Assembly: GCA_028292505.1 (NCBI GenBank) | Contig: JAQGMF010000013.1 | Location: 36,025 to 100,024 of the forward strand | Direction of reading: 5' to 3' | DNA from: Rhodocyclales bacterium | GTDB taxonomy: Bacteria > Pseudomonadota > Gammaproteobacteria > Burkholderiales > Rhodocyclaceae | Length of the DNA: 64,000 bases | Shown here: positions 21,851 to 33,013 of the stretch, piece by piece | Layout of the letters: every line of letters begins with the position of its first letter | How positions within the stretch are numbered: position 1 is the first letter of the stretch | The notes under the pieces: model-generated | Database searches by the model: none | Told to the model about the DNA's origin: nothing | Seen by the model: the letters and a program-made list of their open reading frames with translations, nothing else | Made by a program: the position numbers and the translations under genes

Positions 21851-22048
21851 CTAATGTGTCTTCCCACCGAGTGCCTTGCTGACTTGTGCTGGCGTTTCGA
21901 ACTCGTCGTCTGGCAGATTCTCCAGGGCCTCGCGGATATCCACGTCAGCCCCAGCTTTCTCCGCCTTGCGGAGGATGTCGTTCTTGCTTGCCGGGTAAGT
22001 CACGCCCTTCAGATACTTTTGTACATCGACAGCAGTTGCTCGGGCCAT
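21851..22048 (-). CDS. DUF2795-like small protein (start at MARATAVDV; ORF extends to 22123)
   Basis: [50 protein letters not shown] matches the DUF2795 pattern. Confidence 0.65.
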   Translation of the reverse strand: MARATAVDVQKYLKGVTYPASKNDILRKAEKAGADVDIREALENLPDDEFETPAQVSKALGGKTH

Positions 22049-22375
22049 GGTGTGCTCCTTTGGTTGCCTCGGAAGAAAACTGTTGACCGCAATGCCCGTG
22101 CCGCATGCGTGACCGACCGACACGAAAATGATAAATGAATTATTGGAGTGGTGCGTCCTCGCCGTGGCAATGGTGTGCGGGCGCGTTTGCGGAAGTCATA
22201 TCCTTTCTTCCGGCATTTGCCGCGAGAGAAGCTTGCCCACAATTTCATCTTCCATGTAGCGCTTACACGTCGGCACTTTCATTGCACGAGTTCTAAAAAA
22301 AGCTCGCCGTGCGCAGCACGGCTCTGCGCGAGCCGCCCAACCAGCCACCTGTGCGCTCCATTCTGTTACGGATTC

Positions 22376-22768
22376 TTACAGCGTATCGCCGGCAGATTCC
22401 AGCGCATAGGTTTTCTCGTACAGTGCCTGACAGTCTACGCAACGCGTCGCCGTCGGCTGCACCAGCAGGCGCTCGAACGGGATGTCCTTACCGCATTTGT
22501 CGCACAATCCGTACGTGCCCTGCTGCATGTGTTCGCGCGTGGCAGCGATGGCGCGCAACGCGTCGACATCGCGTTCCACTTCGGCATGATTGATATCCTG
22601 CACCAGAGCGGCCGTGGCTTGATCGACGGTGTCGGGCACTTCGCCCGCAAGTTGTTCGTACTCTTCGCGATTGCCTACTTCGCGACGCAAGTCCTCGTTC
22701 AGAAAATGCTCGCGCTCGTCCAATATGCCGCGCAGTTGTTCAAGCTGCGAATCCGTCAATGCCGCCAT
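22376..22768 (-). CDS. DksA/TraR family C4-type zinc-finger protein
   Basis: C-terminal CDKCGKDIPFERLLVQPTATRCVDCQ four-Cys finger after a coiled-coil. Confidence 0.85.
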   Translation of the reverse strand: MAALTDSQLEQLRGILDEREHFLNEDLRREVGNREEYEQLAGEVPDTVDQATAALVQDINHAEVERDVDALRAIAATREHMQQGTYGLCDKCGKDIPFERLLVQPTATRCVDCQALYEKTYALESAGDTL

Positions 22769-22842
22769 GAATTATTCTCCAATGATGATGTCATGCAGTG
22801 GAAGGCGAGGCGTGCCATGACACGCCTCGAAGCAAGTACGGC

Positions 22843-23367
22843 TCACGCTTTCTTGCGACCGACCGTCTTGAGCAATTGCGCTTCCGTTTTCTCGGCCTCC
22901 TCATCCAGGCTTATGCGCAGTTCGGACATCTCCTCGCTCAGCGCATCGAAATCGATCTCCTTGGACTTGCTCACTTCCGGAAACAGCTCGTGCTCCTCTT
23001 CCTGCACGTGGTGCATGATGTATTCGCATAACACCTTGAATGTGGCGTCGCGCTTCTCGTTGTCCAGATCACCGGCTTGCAGCTTGGCGATCAGATCCTT
23101 GGCGGACTGATGTTCCACTTCCGCTTCATCGATCAGATCGCTGTCCTTGATGCGTTCCTTCACCGTTGGATAGAAGATTTGTTCTTCGAGTTGCGCGTGG
23201 GCCAGCAGCGCCGCGCAGACGTGGGCGATGATGGCTTCCTTCTGATCTTCAGCGCCGTCGCTCAGTTTTTCAAATTGCTTGTAGAGTTTCTCGACTTCAC
23301 GATGGTCGGCAATCAGCATCTTGATAGCTTCGGGCTGATGAGCCGTAGTGCTGCGGGCATTGGTCAT
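22843..23367 (-). CDS. Hemerythrin (HHE cation-binding) domain protein (start at MTNARST with aggaga RBS; ORF extends to 23511)
   Basis: IKMLIADHREVEKLYKQFEKL and HHVQEEEHELFP hemerythrin-type His/Glu motifs. Confidence 0.8.
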   Translation of the reverse strand: MTNARSTTAHQPEAIKMLIADHREVEKLYKQFEKLSDGAEDQKEAIIAHVCAALLAHAQLEEQIFYPTVKERIKDSDLIDEAEVEHQSAKDLIAKLQAGDLDNEKRDATFKVLCEYIMHHVQEEEHELFPEVSKSKEIDFDALSEEMSELRISLDEEAEKTEAQLLKTVGRKKA

Positions 23368-23534
23368 GATGAATCTCCTGGGTTGAGGTACAGAAGTCAT
23401 CAGCAATCGGAGTACCCGGCCATTGCGCCGCCCACCATGTATGCCAAAAACATATGAGACTGCCCTTGCTGCGGCGCGCGCTGGGTGGCGGGAACGCAGC
23501 CTGCTGAGCAAATCGCAAACGCCCAGGAGAAAGC

Positions 23535-23753
23535 ATGAAATACGATCTGCAACCCGAAGTACTGGAGAAAGCGGAAAGCGTGATGCGCGCGCATGGCGTC
23601 GAAGATTTTGGCGCTTTTGTTCGTCTCTCGGTGGACGGCCTGCTTATTGACGGCGAACTGTCCTTGCCGGAACTGCGCTGCCTGCTCGACATGGCCGAGC
23701 AGGTCTTGGCACCGAACAGGCCTAGTTCTCTTCCAGGTCACGGCTCGGCGTAA
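23535..23753 (+). CDS. Small hypothetical protein (72 aa)
   Basis: aggaga RBS 7 nt upstream of ATG; high GC3. The 3' end overlaps the cysB-like 3' end by 32 bp. No recognisable domain. Confidence 0.4.
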   Translation: MKYDLQPEVLEKAESVMRAHGVEDFGAFVRLSVDGLLIDGELSLPELRCLLDMAEQVLAPNRPSSLPGHGSA

Positions 23754-24663
23754 TCACCGGCTTGACATTCGTTTCCGTCAGCTCAGGCGAGCAATATTCG
23801 ATAAAGGCATAGGCAAAGCCACGCAGGTAGTGGCCGCGACGCACGGCGATGCGCGTAGTGTTCTGCTCAAAGAGGTGGGCGGAATCGAGCAGGCGCAAGC
23901 CTTTGTCGCGATCCGGAATGAACGCCACTGAAGCGACAATGCCGACGCCGAGTTCCAATTCGACGTAGGTCTTGATGACATCGGCATCCAGCGCCGACAT
24001 TACGATGTCGGTGGCGAGCCCTGCGCGGGCGAAGGTCTGGTCGATACGTGCACGGCCGGTATAGCCCTCGTGATAGGTGATGAGCGGATATTCGGCGATG
24101 GCGTCCAGCGTCAGTGGATCGATTTTTGTGAGCGGATGCCCTTCGGGCACGATGACGCTGTGATGCCAGCTGTGAAACGGAAAGGTGGCGATGTCCGGCA
24201 GGTTCTCCAGCGCTTCGGTGGCGATGCCAATGTCAGCGTCGCCCGCTTGCAGCATCGAGACGATTTCACCTGGGCTGGCCTGGTGCAATTCAAGATGCAC
24301 TTTCGGATACGCCTGTTTGAAGCGCGTGACCACTTGCGGCAGCACATAGCGCGCTTGCGTGTGCGTCGTCGCGACGATGAGCTTGCCCTCGTCGCGATGC
24401 GAGAACTGCTCGGCGAGGCGCTTGATATTGCGTGCATCGAGCAACATGCGCTCGACGATGCCAACCAGCTCCTTGCCCGGATCGGTGAGACCCAGCAAGC
24501 GCTTGCCGCGCCGCACGAAAAGCTCGATACCAAGTTCGTCTTCAAGATCCTTGATGTGCTTGCTGACGCCGGACTGCGAGGTGAACAGCGCATTGGCGAC
24601 CTCGGTCAGGTTGAAATTCTGGCGAACGGTTTCGCGGATGATGCGCAGTTGCTGGAAGTTCAT
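23722..24663 (-). CDS. CysB-family LysR-type transcriptional regulator (CysB/Cbl/SsuR-like)
   Basis: [49 protein letters not shown] is the hallmark CysB N-terminus. It sits at the end of the cysTWA operon with an ATGA overlap. Confidence 0.9.
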   Translation of the reverse strand: MNFQQLRIIRETVRQNFNLTEVANALFTSQSGVSKHIKDLEDELGIELFVRRGKRLLGLTDPGKELVGIVERMLLDARNIKRLAEQFSHRDEGKLIVATTHTQARYVLPQVVTRFKQAYPKVHLELHQASPGEIVSMLQAGDADIGIATEALENLPDIATFPFHSWHHSVIVPEGHPLTKIDPLTLDAIAEYPLITYHEGYTGRARIDQTFARAGLATDIVMSALDADVIKTYVELELGVGIVASVAFIPDRDKGLRLLDSAHLFEQNTTRIAVRRGHYLRGFAYAFIEYCSPELTETNVKPVITPSRDLEEN

Positions 24664-25754
24664 AGTGCTGCTCCTTCTGTTGCTGCGGGCGACTGCTCGA
24701 AGACTTTCAGTTGCGATGGAACGAGGCGTACGCGGCTGCCTTCTGCGAGCGAGAGTTCGCGCACGCGCACGCGACTGGTTTCGACCTCGACATACGCGGG
24801 TGCGCCGCTATCGGCATCGCCAGCAAGTTCGATACGCGAAGTCGCGCCGAAGTTGAGAATGCGTATCACGGTTGCAGCAATGCCTTCGACGTTCGGCGCA
24901 TCGAGCACGATATCGAGCTCGTGCGGGCGTGCGAAGGCGATCACCTGTGCACCGTTGGATAGTCGTTCGTCATGACGGTGGGCGTGGCCCGCAAGCGTGA
25001 CGTGTTCGCCATCGACGCGACCGTGGAACAGATTGACCGCGCCGAGGAAACCATAGACAAAGGGCGTCGCGGGCGCGTCATAAACTTCATCCGGCGTGCC
25101 GATCTGTTCGACATGTCCCTTGTTCATCAACACAACGCGGTCGGCCACTTCCAGTGCCTCCTCCTGATCGTGCGTGACGAAAATGCTGGTGATATGCAAC
25201 TCGTCATGCAATCTGCGTAACCAGCGGCGCAACTCCTTGCGCACTTGTGCATCGAGCGCGCCGAAAGGCTCGTCGAGCAGTAGCACGCGCGGCTCCACCG
25301 CCAGCGCGCGCGCCAATGCGATGCGCTGCCGCTGGCCGCCAGAGAGTTGCGAAGGGAAACGGTCGGCCAGCCAGTCGAGTTGTACCAGCGCCAATAGATC
25401 ATGCACCTTCTTGCGGATTACCGCTTCGTTGGGGCGCTGGCTGCGGGGCTTGACGCGCAAGCCGAAGGCGACGTTGTCGAACACCGTCATGTGACGGAAC
25501 AGCGCGTAGTGCTGGAAAACGAAGCCGACCTGACGCTCACGCACATGCGTGGACGACGCATCTTCGCCTTCGAGCAGCACTGTGCCGCTGTCAGCCAATT
25601 CGAGCCCGGCGATGATGCGCAACAGCGTCGTCTTGCCGCAGCCCGACGGCCCGAGCAGAGCAACCAGCTCACCACCTGGGAAGTCCAGCGTGACGTTATC
25701 GAGGGCGACGAAATCGCCGAAGCGCTTGTTGATGTTCTTGACAGATATGCTCAT
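24660..25754 (-). CDS. cysA: Sulfate/thiosulfate ABC transporter ATP-binding protein
   Basis: GPSGCGKTT Walker A, LSGGQRQR signature, C-terminal TOBE-like domain; start MSISVKNI with aggaga RBS. Confidence 0.92.
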   Translation of the reverse strand: MSISVKNINKRFGDFVALDNVTLDFPGGELVALLGPSGCGKTTLLRIIAGLELADSGTVLLEGEDASSTHVRERQVGFVFQHYALFRHMTVFDNVAFGLRVKPRSQRPNEAVIRKKVHDLLALVQLDWLADRFPSQLSGGQRQRIALARALAVEPRVLLLDEPFGALDAQVRKELRRWLRRLHDELHITSIFVTHDQEEALEVADRVVLMNKGHVEQIGTPDEVYDAPATPFVYGFLGAVNLFHGRVDGEHVTLAGHAHRHDERLSNGAQVIAFARPHELDIVLDAPNVEGIAATVIRILNFGATSRIELAGDADSGAPAYVEVETSRVRVRELSLAEGSRVRLVPSQLKVFEQSPAATEGAAL

Positions 25755-25755
25755 A

Positions 25756-26694
25756 TCATTTATCTCCTGATGCTGCACCACGAGTGCTCAGCACCGCAGG
25801 CAGGTCTTGTACTGACCCATGTGAGGTTTGTCGGGTCATGTTCCATTCGACCCAGGTCTTGATGACCAACGTGACCAGCGCCAGCATCGCCAGCAGCGAA
25901 GCCACGGCAAACGCCGCTGACAGCTTGTACTCGTTGTAGAGAATCTCGATGTGCAGCGGCATGGTGTTGGTGTAGCCACGGATATGACCAGACACCACCG
26001 ACACTGCACCGAACTCGCCCATGGCGCGCGCATTGCACAACACCACGCCGTAGATCAGACCCCACTTGATGTTCGGTAGCGTCACATGCCAGAACGTCTG
26101 CCAGCCATTGGCACCTAGCACAATGGCGGCTTCTTCCTCTTCCTTGCCCTGCGCCTGCATCAGCGGAATCAACTCGCGTGCCACGAAGGGAAACGTCACA
26201 AAGATGGTCGCCAGCACGATTCCCGGAATGGCAAATATTATCTTTATGTCATGTGCCTGCAGCCATGGCCCGAACCACCCCTGCGCGCCGAACATCAGCA
26301 CGTAGATCAGCCCCGACACCACCGGCGACACCGAAAAAGGTAGATCGATCAGCGTGGTCAGCACTTGCTTGCCACGGAAATCGAACTTGGCGATAGACCA
26401 TGACGCTGCCACGCCGAACACGAGATTGAGCGGCACGGCGATGGCGGCTGCGATAAGGGTCAGTTGTATCGCCGATAAAGCATCGTCGTCGATCAGCGCC
26501 GCGAAATAAGCAGCCCAGCCTTTGCGCAAGCCTTCCGAAAACACCACCGTCAAAGGTAGCAGCAGGAACAAAGCGAAGAACGCCAATGAAATGCCGACGA
26601 TGATCCACTTGATCCACGGCGTCTCACGGGTGGCTGGATTGTCCTCGTAATGTCGAGGTGCAGCATGGACATATAGAGCGGCTGCGCCAGCCAT
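25756..26694 (-). CDS. cysW: Sulfate ABC transporter permease
   Basis: CysW-type permease with the EAA-like loop ([16 protein letters not shown]). Confidence 0.9.
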   Translation of the reverse strand: MAGAAALYVHAAPRHYEDNPATRETPWIKWIIVGISLAFFALFLLLPLTVVFSEGLRKGWAAYFAALIDDDALSAIQLTLIAAAIAVPLNLVFGVAASWSIAKFDFRGKQVLTTLIDLPFSVSPVVSGLIYVLMFGAQGWFGPWLQAHDIKIIFAIPGIVLATIFVTFPFVARELIPLMQAQGKEEEEAAIVLGANGWQTFWHVTLPNIKWGLIYGVVLCNARAMGEFGAVSVVSGHIRGYTNTMPLHIEILYNEYKLSAAFAVASLLAMLALVTLVIKTWVEWNMTRQTSHGSVQDLPAVLSTRGAASGDK

Positions 26695-27542
26695 CAGACG
26701 TTCCTCCCTGCATCTTGCCCAATTCGGCGCGTACTCCAGGCCTGCAGTGCATTGACCACGAAGAGCAGCGTGAAAGATGCCACGAGCATGACGACGGCAA
26801 TTGCCGTGGCACCGGCGTAGTCATATTGTTCGAGGTGGGTGATGATCATCAGCGGCGTGATTTCGGATACCAGTGGAATATTGCCGGCAATGAAAATCAC
26901 CGAGCCGTATTCGCCGACAGCGCGCGCAAAAGCCAGCGCGAAGCCGGTGAGCAGCGCGGGCAAGACCAACGGGAAAATCACCGTGCGAAACGTCACCCAG
27001 CGCTGCGCGCCGAGGCTTGCTGCAGCTTCTTCCAGCTCGGTTTCCAGATCTTCGAGAATCGGCTGCACCGTGCGCACCACGAATGGCAGGCCGATGAACA
27101 CCAGTGCCACCAGCACGCCAAGCGGGGTGTAGGCCACCTTGATGCCAAGTGGTGAAAGCAGCTGCCCCATCCAGCCCTTGGGCGAATACACCGTCGACAA
27201 TGCAATGCCGGCCACCGCAGTGGGCAGCGCGAAAGGCAGATCGACCAGTGCGTCGACGATTCTCTTGCCGAAGAAGCGGTAACGCACCAGCGACCAAGCC
27301 AGCAGAAAACCGAATACGGTATTGATGACCGCCGCGAGCAGCGCCGCACCAAAGCTCAGGCGATACGAAGCAAGCACGCGGGGCGAGGTCGTCACTTCCC
27401 AGAAGCGCTCAAGGGTCAGCGTCGTGGTCTTCAGGAAGATCGCTGCCAGCGGGATCAACACGATGAGCGAGAGATAGCCCAGCGTGTACCCGAGCGTCAG
27501 ATTGAAGCCCGGCAACACACGCAATTTGCGCGTCGCACTCAT
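26694..27542 (-). CDS. cysT: Sulfate ABC transporter permease (start at MSATRKL)
   Basis: CysT/CysU-type permease motifs ([17 protein letters not shown]). Confidence 0.9.
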   Translation of the reverse strand: MSATRKLRVLPGFNLTLGYTLGYLSLIVLIPLAAIFLKTTTLTLERFWEVTTSPRVLASYRLSFGAALLAAVINTVFGFLLAWSLVRYRFFGKRIVDALVDLPFALPTAVAGIALSTVYSPKGWMGQLLSPLGIKVAYTPLGVLVALVFIGLPFVVRTVQPILEDLETELEEAAASLGAQRWVTFRTVIFPLVLPALLTGFALAFARAVGEYGSVIFIAGNIPLVSEITPLMIITHLEQYDYAGATAIAVVMLVASFTLLFVVNALQAWSTRRIGQDAGRNV

Positions 27543-27775
27543 GTCGGGCCTCCAGGGAATACGCACATTTCGAGAAATCCTTATACGAAAGATGCGAGTC
27601 TAAAGGGCGCCCCTTAGGAAAATAACCAATAAAAGCTACGCTGCTTATTCAAAAAAGTGCAATAGGCGTCTCGCCTCTAGTTGGCAATGTCGAATCTCGG
27701 ATAAGCATCGGAAAACAAATGCGTTGGTATGGCGCCAGGAGTTTTCTAGGATGTGACGCTTGCAAGGAGAGGAAT

Positions 27776-28081
27776 ATGCCGACAACACGACGTCTGACCA
27801 CACGTGAGTTGAACGCCTTGCGCGTGGCGCTCGACAAACGTCATATCTCGGTCGAGGACGTGGCCATGCTGGACTATGCCAGCGTCACGCGTGTCCCCGG
27901 TCTCGGGCGCAAGAGCATCGCTAACATCCGCGCATGGCTGGCGGATCAGGGCCGTAGCCTGTGCAATGACATAGACGCCAATGCCAATGCGGCACCCAGT
28001 GATGGCGACATGCGCAGCGTTCAGCGCGCCATCGCTTATCTGCATGAGCGCGGCTATACGGTGTTGCCCCCAAGCGCCTGA
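27776..28081 (+). CDS. Small hypothetical protein with HhH-like motif (101 aa; ORF track start 27719)
   Basis: Strong RBS (caaggagaggaatATG) after an AT-rich intergenic region; VTRVPGLGRKSIANIRAWL resembles a helix-hairpin-helix. Confidence 0.5.
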   Translation: MPTTRRLTTRELNALRVALDKRHISVEDVAMLDYASVTRVPGLGRKSIANIRAWLADQGRSLCNDIDANANAAPSDGDMRSVQRAIAYLHERGYTVLPPSA

Positions 28082-28117
28082 TGGGGGCGGATTCGCGCCG
28101 CCCAGGTTTTCTCTCGT

Positions 28118-28840
28118 TCAGGGCGCGCCGAACATCGATGCGCGTAGCGCTTGCGCCGCGTGACGCACGGCGATCTGTCGCTCCTCCCGCATGGCATTCA
28201 GTCGCTTTTGCACCGTTGCCAGGATTGCAGGTGCCACGAGTTCGGGGCGGCCCGCGTCGAACGGCGGCGCCGGTGCATACTCCAAGCCCAAGGTTACCGC
28301 CTGCGCATGGGCGTCGCCGGCAACCTCGGCCATCACGGTGAGCGCCATGTCGATTCCGGCGGTGACGCCGCCGCCCGTAAACACGTTGCCATCGCGTACC
28401 ACGCGTGCCGTATCGGCTATGACACCGTCAAATTCACTCAACAAATCGCGCCAGGCCCAGTGGCAGGTCGCGCGTTTGCCGCGCAGCAGCCCGGCGGCGG
28501 CCAGCAAGAGCGAACCGGAGCAAACCGATGTGACGAAGCGGGCGCGCGATGCGAGGCGTTGCAGTTGTGCAAGGAAATCGGCGTCTTGCAGCATTGGCGT
28601 AACGCCGTAGCCGCCGGGCACACACAGCAGCGCGCAGTCTTCGACCGCCGATAGACGTTGGGTATCGAAACCGAGCCCGCCATCGGCCACGATCTGCCCG
28701 CCCTCGCGCGAAGCCAGCACGCATCGGGCGCCGGGCAGCTTCGACAACACTTCATATGGGCCGGTGAAGTCGAGCTGCGTGACGTCCGGGTACAGGGCGA
28801 AGACAACTGGAAATGGGGCGACAGGAAATGCAGTAGTCAT
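28118..28840 (-). CDS. DJ-1/PfpI family protein (isonitrile hydratase-like; start at MTTAFPV)
   Basis: Class I glutamine amidotransferase-like fold with a nucleophile-elbow Cys (TSVCSGSLLLAAAGLL). Confidence 0.85.
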   Translation of the reverse strand: MTTAFPVAPFPVVFALYPDVTQLDFTGPYEVLSKLPGARCVLASREGGQIVADGGLGFDTQRLSAVEDCALLCVPGGYGVTPMLQDADFLAQLQRLASRARFVTSVCSGSLLLAAAGLLRGKRATCHWAWRDLLSEFDGVIADTARVVRDGNVFTGGGVTAGIDMALTVMAEVAGDAHAQAVTLGLEYAPAPPFDAGRPELVAPAILATVQKRLNAMREERQIAVRHAAQALRASMFGAP

Positions 28841-28937
28841 ATGATGGTCCTCCGACAGGCATGGGAGTCCCAAGCATGCAACGCGGCGCCAATGGCTGCA
28901 ATGACACATATCCCACTTTTTATGCCATTCTTGCGCC

Positions 28938-29876
28938 ATGCCCCACCGCATCGTTTTCCTCATCTATCCAGATTTTCAGCTCCTCGATATCGCCGGGCCG
29001 CTGACGGCATTCGAAATCGCAGAGCGCATGCGGCCAAAGAGTTATGCATGGCGCATCGTGGCCGCAAGTGCCGGTGCAGTGAAGGCTTCGTCTGGCGTTG
29101 CGTGGGCGGCGCAAGCGCTGCCCAGGGTCGATGCTTTCGACACGCTTGTCGTTTCTGGCGGCGATGGCGTAAACGCCGCCTTTGCAGACACGAAGATTTT
29201 GAACTGGGTACGCCGTGCCGCGCGCGGCACGGCTCGTATCACCAGCGTGTGCAGTGGCAGCATGTTGCTGGCTGCTGCTGGTGTGCTGGATGGCAAGACA
29301 GCGACCACACATTGGTATCGTACGCGCGAATTTCAGCAGCGCTTCCCGCAAGTAAAGCTCGATGCGGATCGCATATTTGTCAACGATGGTCGCTTCTGGA
29401 CATCGGCTGGCATTTGCGCGGGCATCGATCTGGCCTTGGCGCTGATTGCCAACGACCTGGGCGATGCCGTCGCACGCCGGGTCGCGAAACAGCTCGTCGT
29501 GTATTACCGCAGACCAGGCGGCCAATCGCAATTTTCGGCCTTGCTCGACATGGCGCCTGCACAAGGCCGCTTTGCGCAACTATTCGATCATGTGCGCGCC
29601 AATCTCGTCGAGCGTCACAGCGTGGCCGACCTTGCCGAACGCATGTGCATGAGTCCGCGTCATTTTGCGCGCACATTCTTGGCTGAAATCGGCACGACGC
29701 CTGCGCATGCGGTCGAGCGGCTGCGTGTCGAGACGGCGCGTGCCGCGCTGGAAAGCGGTGCAAGTTCGATCCAGCGCGTCGCGCAGTCGTGCGGTTTCGG
29801 TAATGCCGAACGCATGCGGCGCAGTTTCATGCGCCTGCTTGGCGCGCCGCCGTCGGCGTTGAAGCTGCACCTCTGA
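28938..29876 (+). CDS. GlxA-family transcriptional regulator (DJ-1/PfpI domain + AraC HTH)
   Basis: N-terminal DJ-1-like domain (ITSVCSGSMLLAAAGVLDG) and C-terminal AraC-type HTH (LAERMCMSPRHFARTFLAE); divergent from the DJ-1 gene. Confidence 0.88.
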   Translation: MPHRIVFLIYPDFQLLDIAGPLTAFEIAERMRPKSYAWRIVAASAGAVKASSGVAWAAQALPRVDAFDTLVVSGGDGVNAAFADTKILNWVRRAARGTARITSVCSGSMLLAAAGVLDGKTATTHWYRTREFQQRFPQVKLDADRIFVNDGRFWTSAGICAGIDLALALIANDLGDAVARRVAKQLVVYYRRPGGQSQFSALLDMAPAQGRFAQLFDHVRANLVERHSVADLAERMCMSPRHFARTFLAEIGTTPAHAVERLRVETARAALESGASSIQRVAQSCGFGNAERMRRSFMRLLGAPPSALKLHL

Positions 29877-29958
29877 TGATTGGCGTCGGCTTTGTAAATT
29901 GGTGAATAGGGATAGGTCGTGATGTCGTTCCAGCCATTGCACACCGGCGCTTCGCCGA

Positions 29959-30796
29959 CTACAGATATTTCTCTAAAAAAGTCTGGATGGAATCTGCAAA
30001 CAATTGCACGTGCTTGTCCTTGCTGAGCCCCATGTGCCCTTCACCGGGCAAGAACAACGTGGAGGTGGCTACATTGTTTTGGCGAAGCTTTGCCAGCGCT
30101 ATCTGCGCTTGATGTATTGAAACCAGCTCATCGTTCTGCCCATGGATGAGCAGGGTGGGCGCAGTCGCTGCAGAGATGAAATAGAGGGGCGATGCGACGT
30201 TGATGTCAGCGTCGACGGCGAGCGCGCGAATAGCCTCTCTTGAAGATTTAGGAAAGTCATCGCTTGCAGACAGGTCCCACGGACCCGCCCATGCTACGAC
30301 GCAGCGCAATCGACTTATGGACTCCCGATGGGTCGATTGCGTCGGTCGTGCCCAAATATGCAACCAATTGAGCGCCCGCAGATCCGCCCATTCCTCCCAG
30401 GCGCTGCGGATCTATGCCGAGCATTGCGGCGTTGTGTCTGGCCCTCCACACCGCACTCACCACATCGCTGCGTATGTCGGACCAAGTCGCACCTGAGGGC
30501 GTCAGGCGATAGTCCACAGAAATGGCAGTGATTCCCTGACGAGCCAACCATTTCGCCACGTCGGAAAAGTCTTTGCGTGAGCCTGCGGCCCAGCCGCCGC
30601 CGTGGATGAGCAACATCGATCTATGCGGCGCGGTTCCAGTTTGCGCGCGGTAGACGTCGATGACTTGTGCGGGCAGCTTTCCATATGGGTATGTTTCGGC
30701 GACCGCGTCTTCGGCATGAGCCCAGATGTGAAACGCTGCGGCGCAAGCGATGAGACTGCCGGCCACGGCGAAAGACAAGCGCCACATTTTTCGCAT
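29959..30796 (-). pseudogene. Alpha/beta hydrolase (esterase/lipase-like) split into two overlapping ORFs by an apparent frameshift near 30300-30360
   Basis: Upstream ORF has a signal peptide, HGGGW and a GGMGGSAGAQ nucleophile elbow. The downstream ORF (different frame) carries the C-terminal LLIHGQNDELV...GEGHMG His region. The ORFs overlap over 30257-30363. Confidence 0.55.
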
Positions 30797-30988
30797 GATG
30801 ACCTCTCAGCAAATTTTGGGTTGTCGGAAACTGTCCATTTGATAAAAACGTTAGGTAGTAGTTTTTTTTGAGCAGCACCACATGGCTTTAAGTTCATAAA
30901 AACGGCATCCGTCAGCCGGCTGAGTCCCTAAATAGACCACTGCAGGCATGCCTATTTGACAAGCAGGCAATGGTCCACATGGCTGCAA

Positions 30989-33013
30989 TCAACCGCCAAC
31001 GGGTTTCTTATTCATGCCATCGCGAATCATATTGCCAAGCAAGACATCGACCAGCGTGCCGCCGCTCGATCCACCGCCCGCCACGATGTCTGGCACGAGC
31101 TTGACGCCCGATTTCGCCAGCGCTTCGGCCACCTGCACCATGGCGTAGTTGCCCGATTCCATCGAGGCAATCTTGAGCTTGATGACTTCGGCCTCGGCGC
31201 CGCCCACGGCCTTGGTTTTCGATGCTTCTGCGTCGCCGACGGTGCGTAGGACGGTGGCATCTGCCTCGGCATTGATCTTCTTTGCCGAAGCCTGACCTTC
31301 GGCGGATTTGACCGTGGCTTTGGCGTTGAAATCGGCGATTGTCACTTGTCGTTCGGCATCGACCACACGCGCTTGCGTGGCGGCCAGCGCGGTAGCTTGT
31401 TCCAGTTCCTGCTTGACGACTTGCGCCTGGCGCTGCGTGTCGTAGGTAACGCGCTCCTGCTCGGCGATCTTGCGGTCGGTGAGGGTCTTCATGAGCTCGT
31501 CCGGCGGCACGATGTCGCCGATCAGCGTGTCGACCGCGCCGACGTTGTATTCCTTCAGTGCCGTGCCGATTGCCTGACGTGCTTCTTCCTGTCGCACTGT
31601 GCGGTTCTTCAGGAAGTCGATGATGTCCGAGCCCTGCGCAGCGTTGCGGAAGTAGTTGCCGATGGTTGGCTCCAGCACCTGTGTGACCAGTGCCGACATG
31701 CCACCAAAACGCGCGATCACTTTCGGCGCGTCGTTGCGCGGAATGTGAATGATCTGCGCGACATCCAGATTGAATTTGAAGCCGTCGGCCGAGCGCACGG
31801 TGATGGTCGACAAATTGGCATCGAGCTTGTGCGCTTCGGTCTTGCCGGTCGCCCAGTTGAGCACGACGTTGGCTGTCGGCACGGTGCTGACCTTGTGTGT
31901 GTAGGGATTGATCGGGTACTTGCCGGGGTCGAGCGGGTCCACCCACACGCCCTTCTCGCCCCTGCTCACAAGATTGCCATGACGGAAAGCTTCGCCCGTT
32001 ACGTCATGACCTTCGCGCCCGACGTAGGCGATGACGACACCGACATTGGCGATCGGCACTTCGACCATGTCCACGATCTCGATGGTCGCGAAGCGTGGGT
32101 TGATGAAGTAGCGCCCGGCGAGTAGCACCTGTTCCTGTAGCCCCTTGTTGCCGCCGTTATCGCAGAACTGCTGCGGGTTCTGGAACATATTGTGACCCGC
32201 CACTTCGGCACCGGCGATCTCGCCCGTTACCAATGGCGCGCCCTCACGTGTGGTGACGATGCCGATCTTGTTGTCGGGAATATCGACAACCTCGGCCATC
32301 TGCACGTCGAACATCATCGGGTTGATGCGGTAGGTGCCTGGAGGGATCACTTCCATCTGCGGGCCACGTTCGCCACCACCGATGAAGAAAGCATTGGCAT
32401 CCTGATAGGCGTCGCAATTGACTTGGCGTGCAATCACGCGGCCGCTCGACAGCGGCTTGCCGTCGCGCGCTTCGACGATGCCGATCTTGCCCGGAGGAAT
32501 CGTGATCGCGTCGGTCAGCGTAACCGTGAAGAGCAGGGAATTGACGCGGTACGTGCCCTGCGGAATTACCGACATCTGTGGGCCACGCATGCCACCGTTT
32601 TTCAGGAAAGCGCGAGCATCCTGGAACGTATCGCAGGCGACTTGACGCGCAATGATGTGGCCACTCGGCAGTGCTTGCCCATCGCAGGCCTCGACAACGC
32701 CGACCTTGCCCGGCGGCACCTTGAAGAACTTCACCAGCTCGACCGTGTATTGCCATGGCCATAATCCAATATGCATACCGGGTGGCAGTGTGTCGGCTTG
32801 ATAGCCGGCCTCGCCTTCAAGTGCGACGATGCTGCCGGCGGGCAGGCTTTTCGAAGCGCCGAAGAGCACGAATTTCTTGGTGACTACGCCGAGGCTGTCG
32901 TCCGGCACGAAGATCACGCCGAAAAGCCACAACACCAGTTTGTAACTCGTCAGCACGAACAGCACAGCCGCGACCGCGGCCACGATGGTCCAGTGTTCAA
33001 GTAAATTGTCCAC
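30989..33013 (-). CDS. Flotillin family (SPFH/Band 7, YqiK-like) protein with four N-terminal ~65-aa repeats; probable GTG start at 33013 (ORF extends to 33082)
   Basis: N-terminal TM segment; repeats VPPGKVGVVEACDGQALPSGHIIARQV / IPPGKIGIVEARDGKPLSSGRVIARQV / IPDNKIGIVTTREGAPLVTGEIAGAEV / VPIANVGVVIAYVGREGHDVTGEAF; then an SPFH domain and long coiled-coil tail. Confidence 0.82.
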   Translation of the reverse strand: MDNLLEHWTIVAAVAAVLFVLTSYKLVLWLFGVIFVPDDSLGVVTKKFVLFGASKSLPAGSIVALEGEAGYQADTLPPGMHIGLWPWQYTVELVKFFKVPPGKVGVVEACDGQALPSGHIIARQVACDTFQDARAFLKNGGMRGPQMSVIPQGTYRVNSLLFTVTLTDAITIPPGKIGIVEARDGKPLSSGRVIARQVNCDAYQDANAFFIGGGERGPQMEVIPPGTYRINPMMFDVQMAEVVDIPDNKIGIVTTREGAPLVTGEIAGAEVAGHNMFQNPQQFCDNGGNKGLQEQVLLAGRYFINPRFATIEIVDMVEVPIANVGVVIAYVGREGHDVTGEAFRHGNLVSRGEKGVWVDPLDPGKYPINPYTHKVSTVPTANVVLNWATGKTEAHKLDANLSTITVRSADGFKFNLDVAQIIHIPRNDAPKVIARFGGMSALVTQVLEPTIGNYFRNAAQGSDIIDFLKNRTVRQEEARQAIGTALKEYNVGAVDTLIGDIVPPDELMKTLTDRKIAEQERVTYDTQRQAQVVKQELEQATALAATQARVVDAERQVTIADFNAKATVKSAEGQASAKKINAEADATVLRTVGDAEASKTKAVGGAEAEVIKLKIASMESGNYAMVQVAEALAKSGVKLVPDIVAGGGSSGGTLVDVLLGNMIRDGMNKKPVGG

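Noticed and set aside
22148-23110. 320-aa plus-strand ORF
   Set aside because: Runs antisense across the DksA/TraR and hemerythrin genes, both of which have clear motifs and good RBS; the composition is Arg/Ala-rich, typical of high-GC antisense frames.
31008-31946. 312-aa minus-strand ORF in an alternative frame of the flotillin gene
   Set aside because: Same strand, different frame within the flotillin coding sequence; Arg/Gly-rich nonsense composition.
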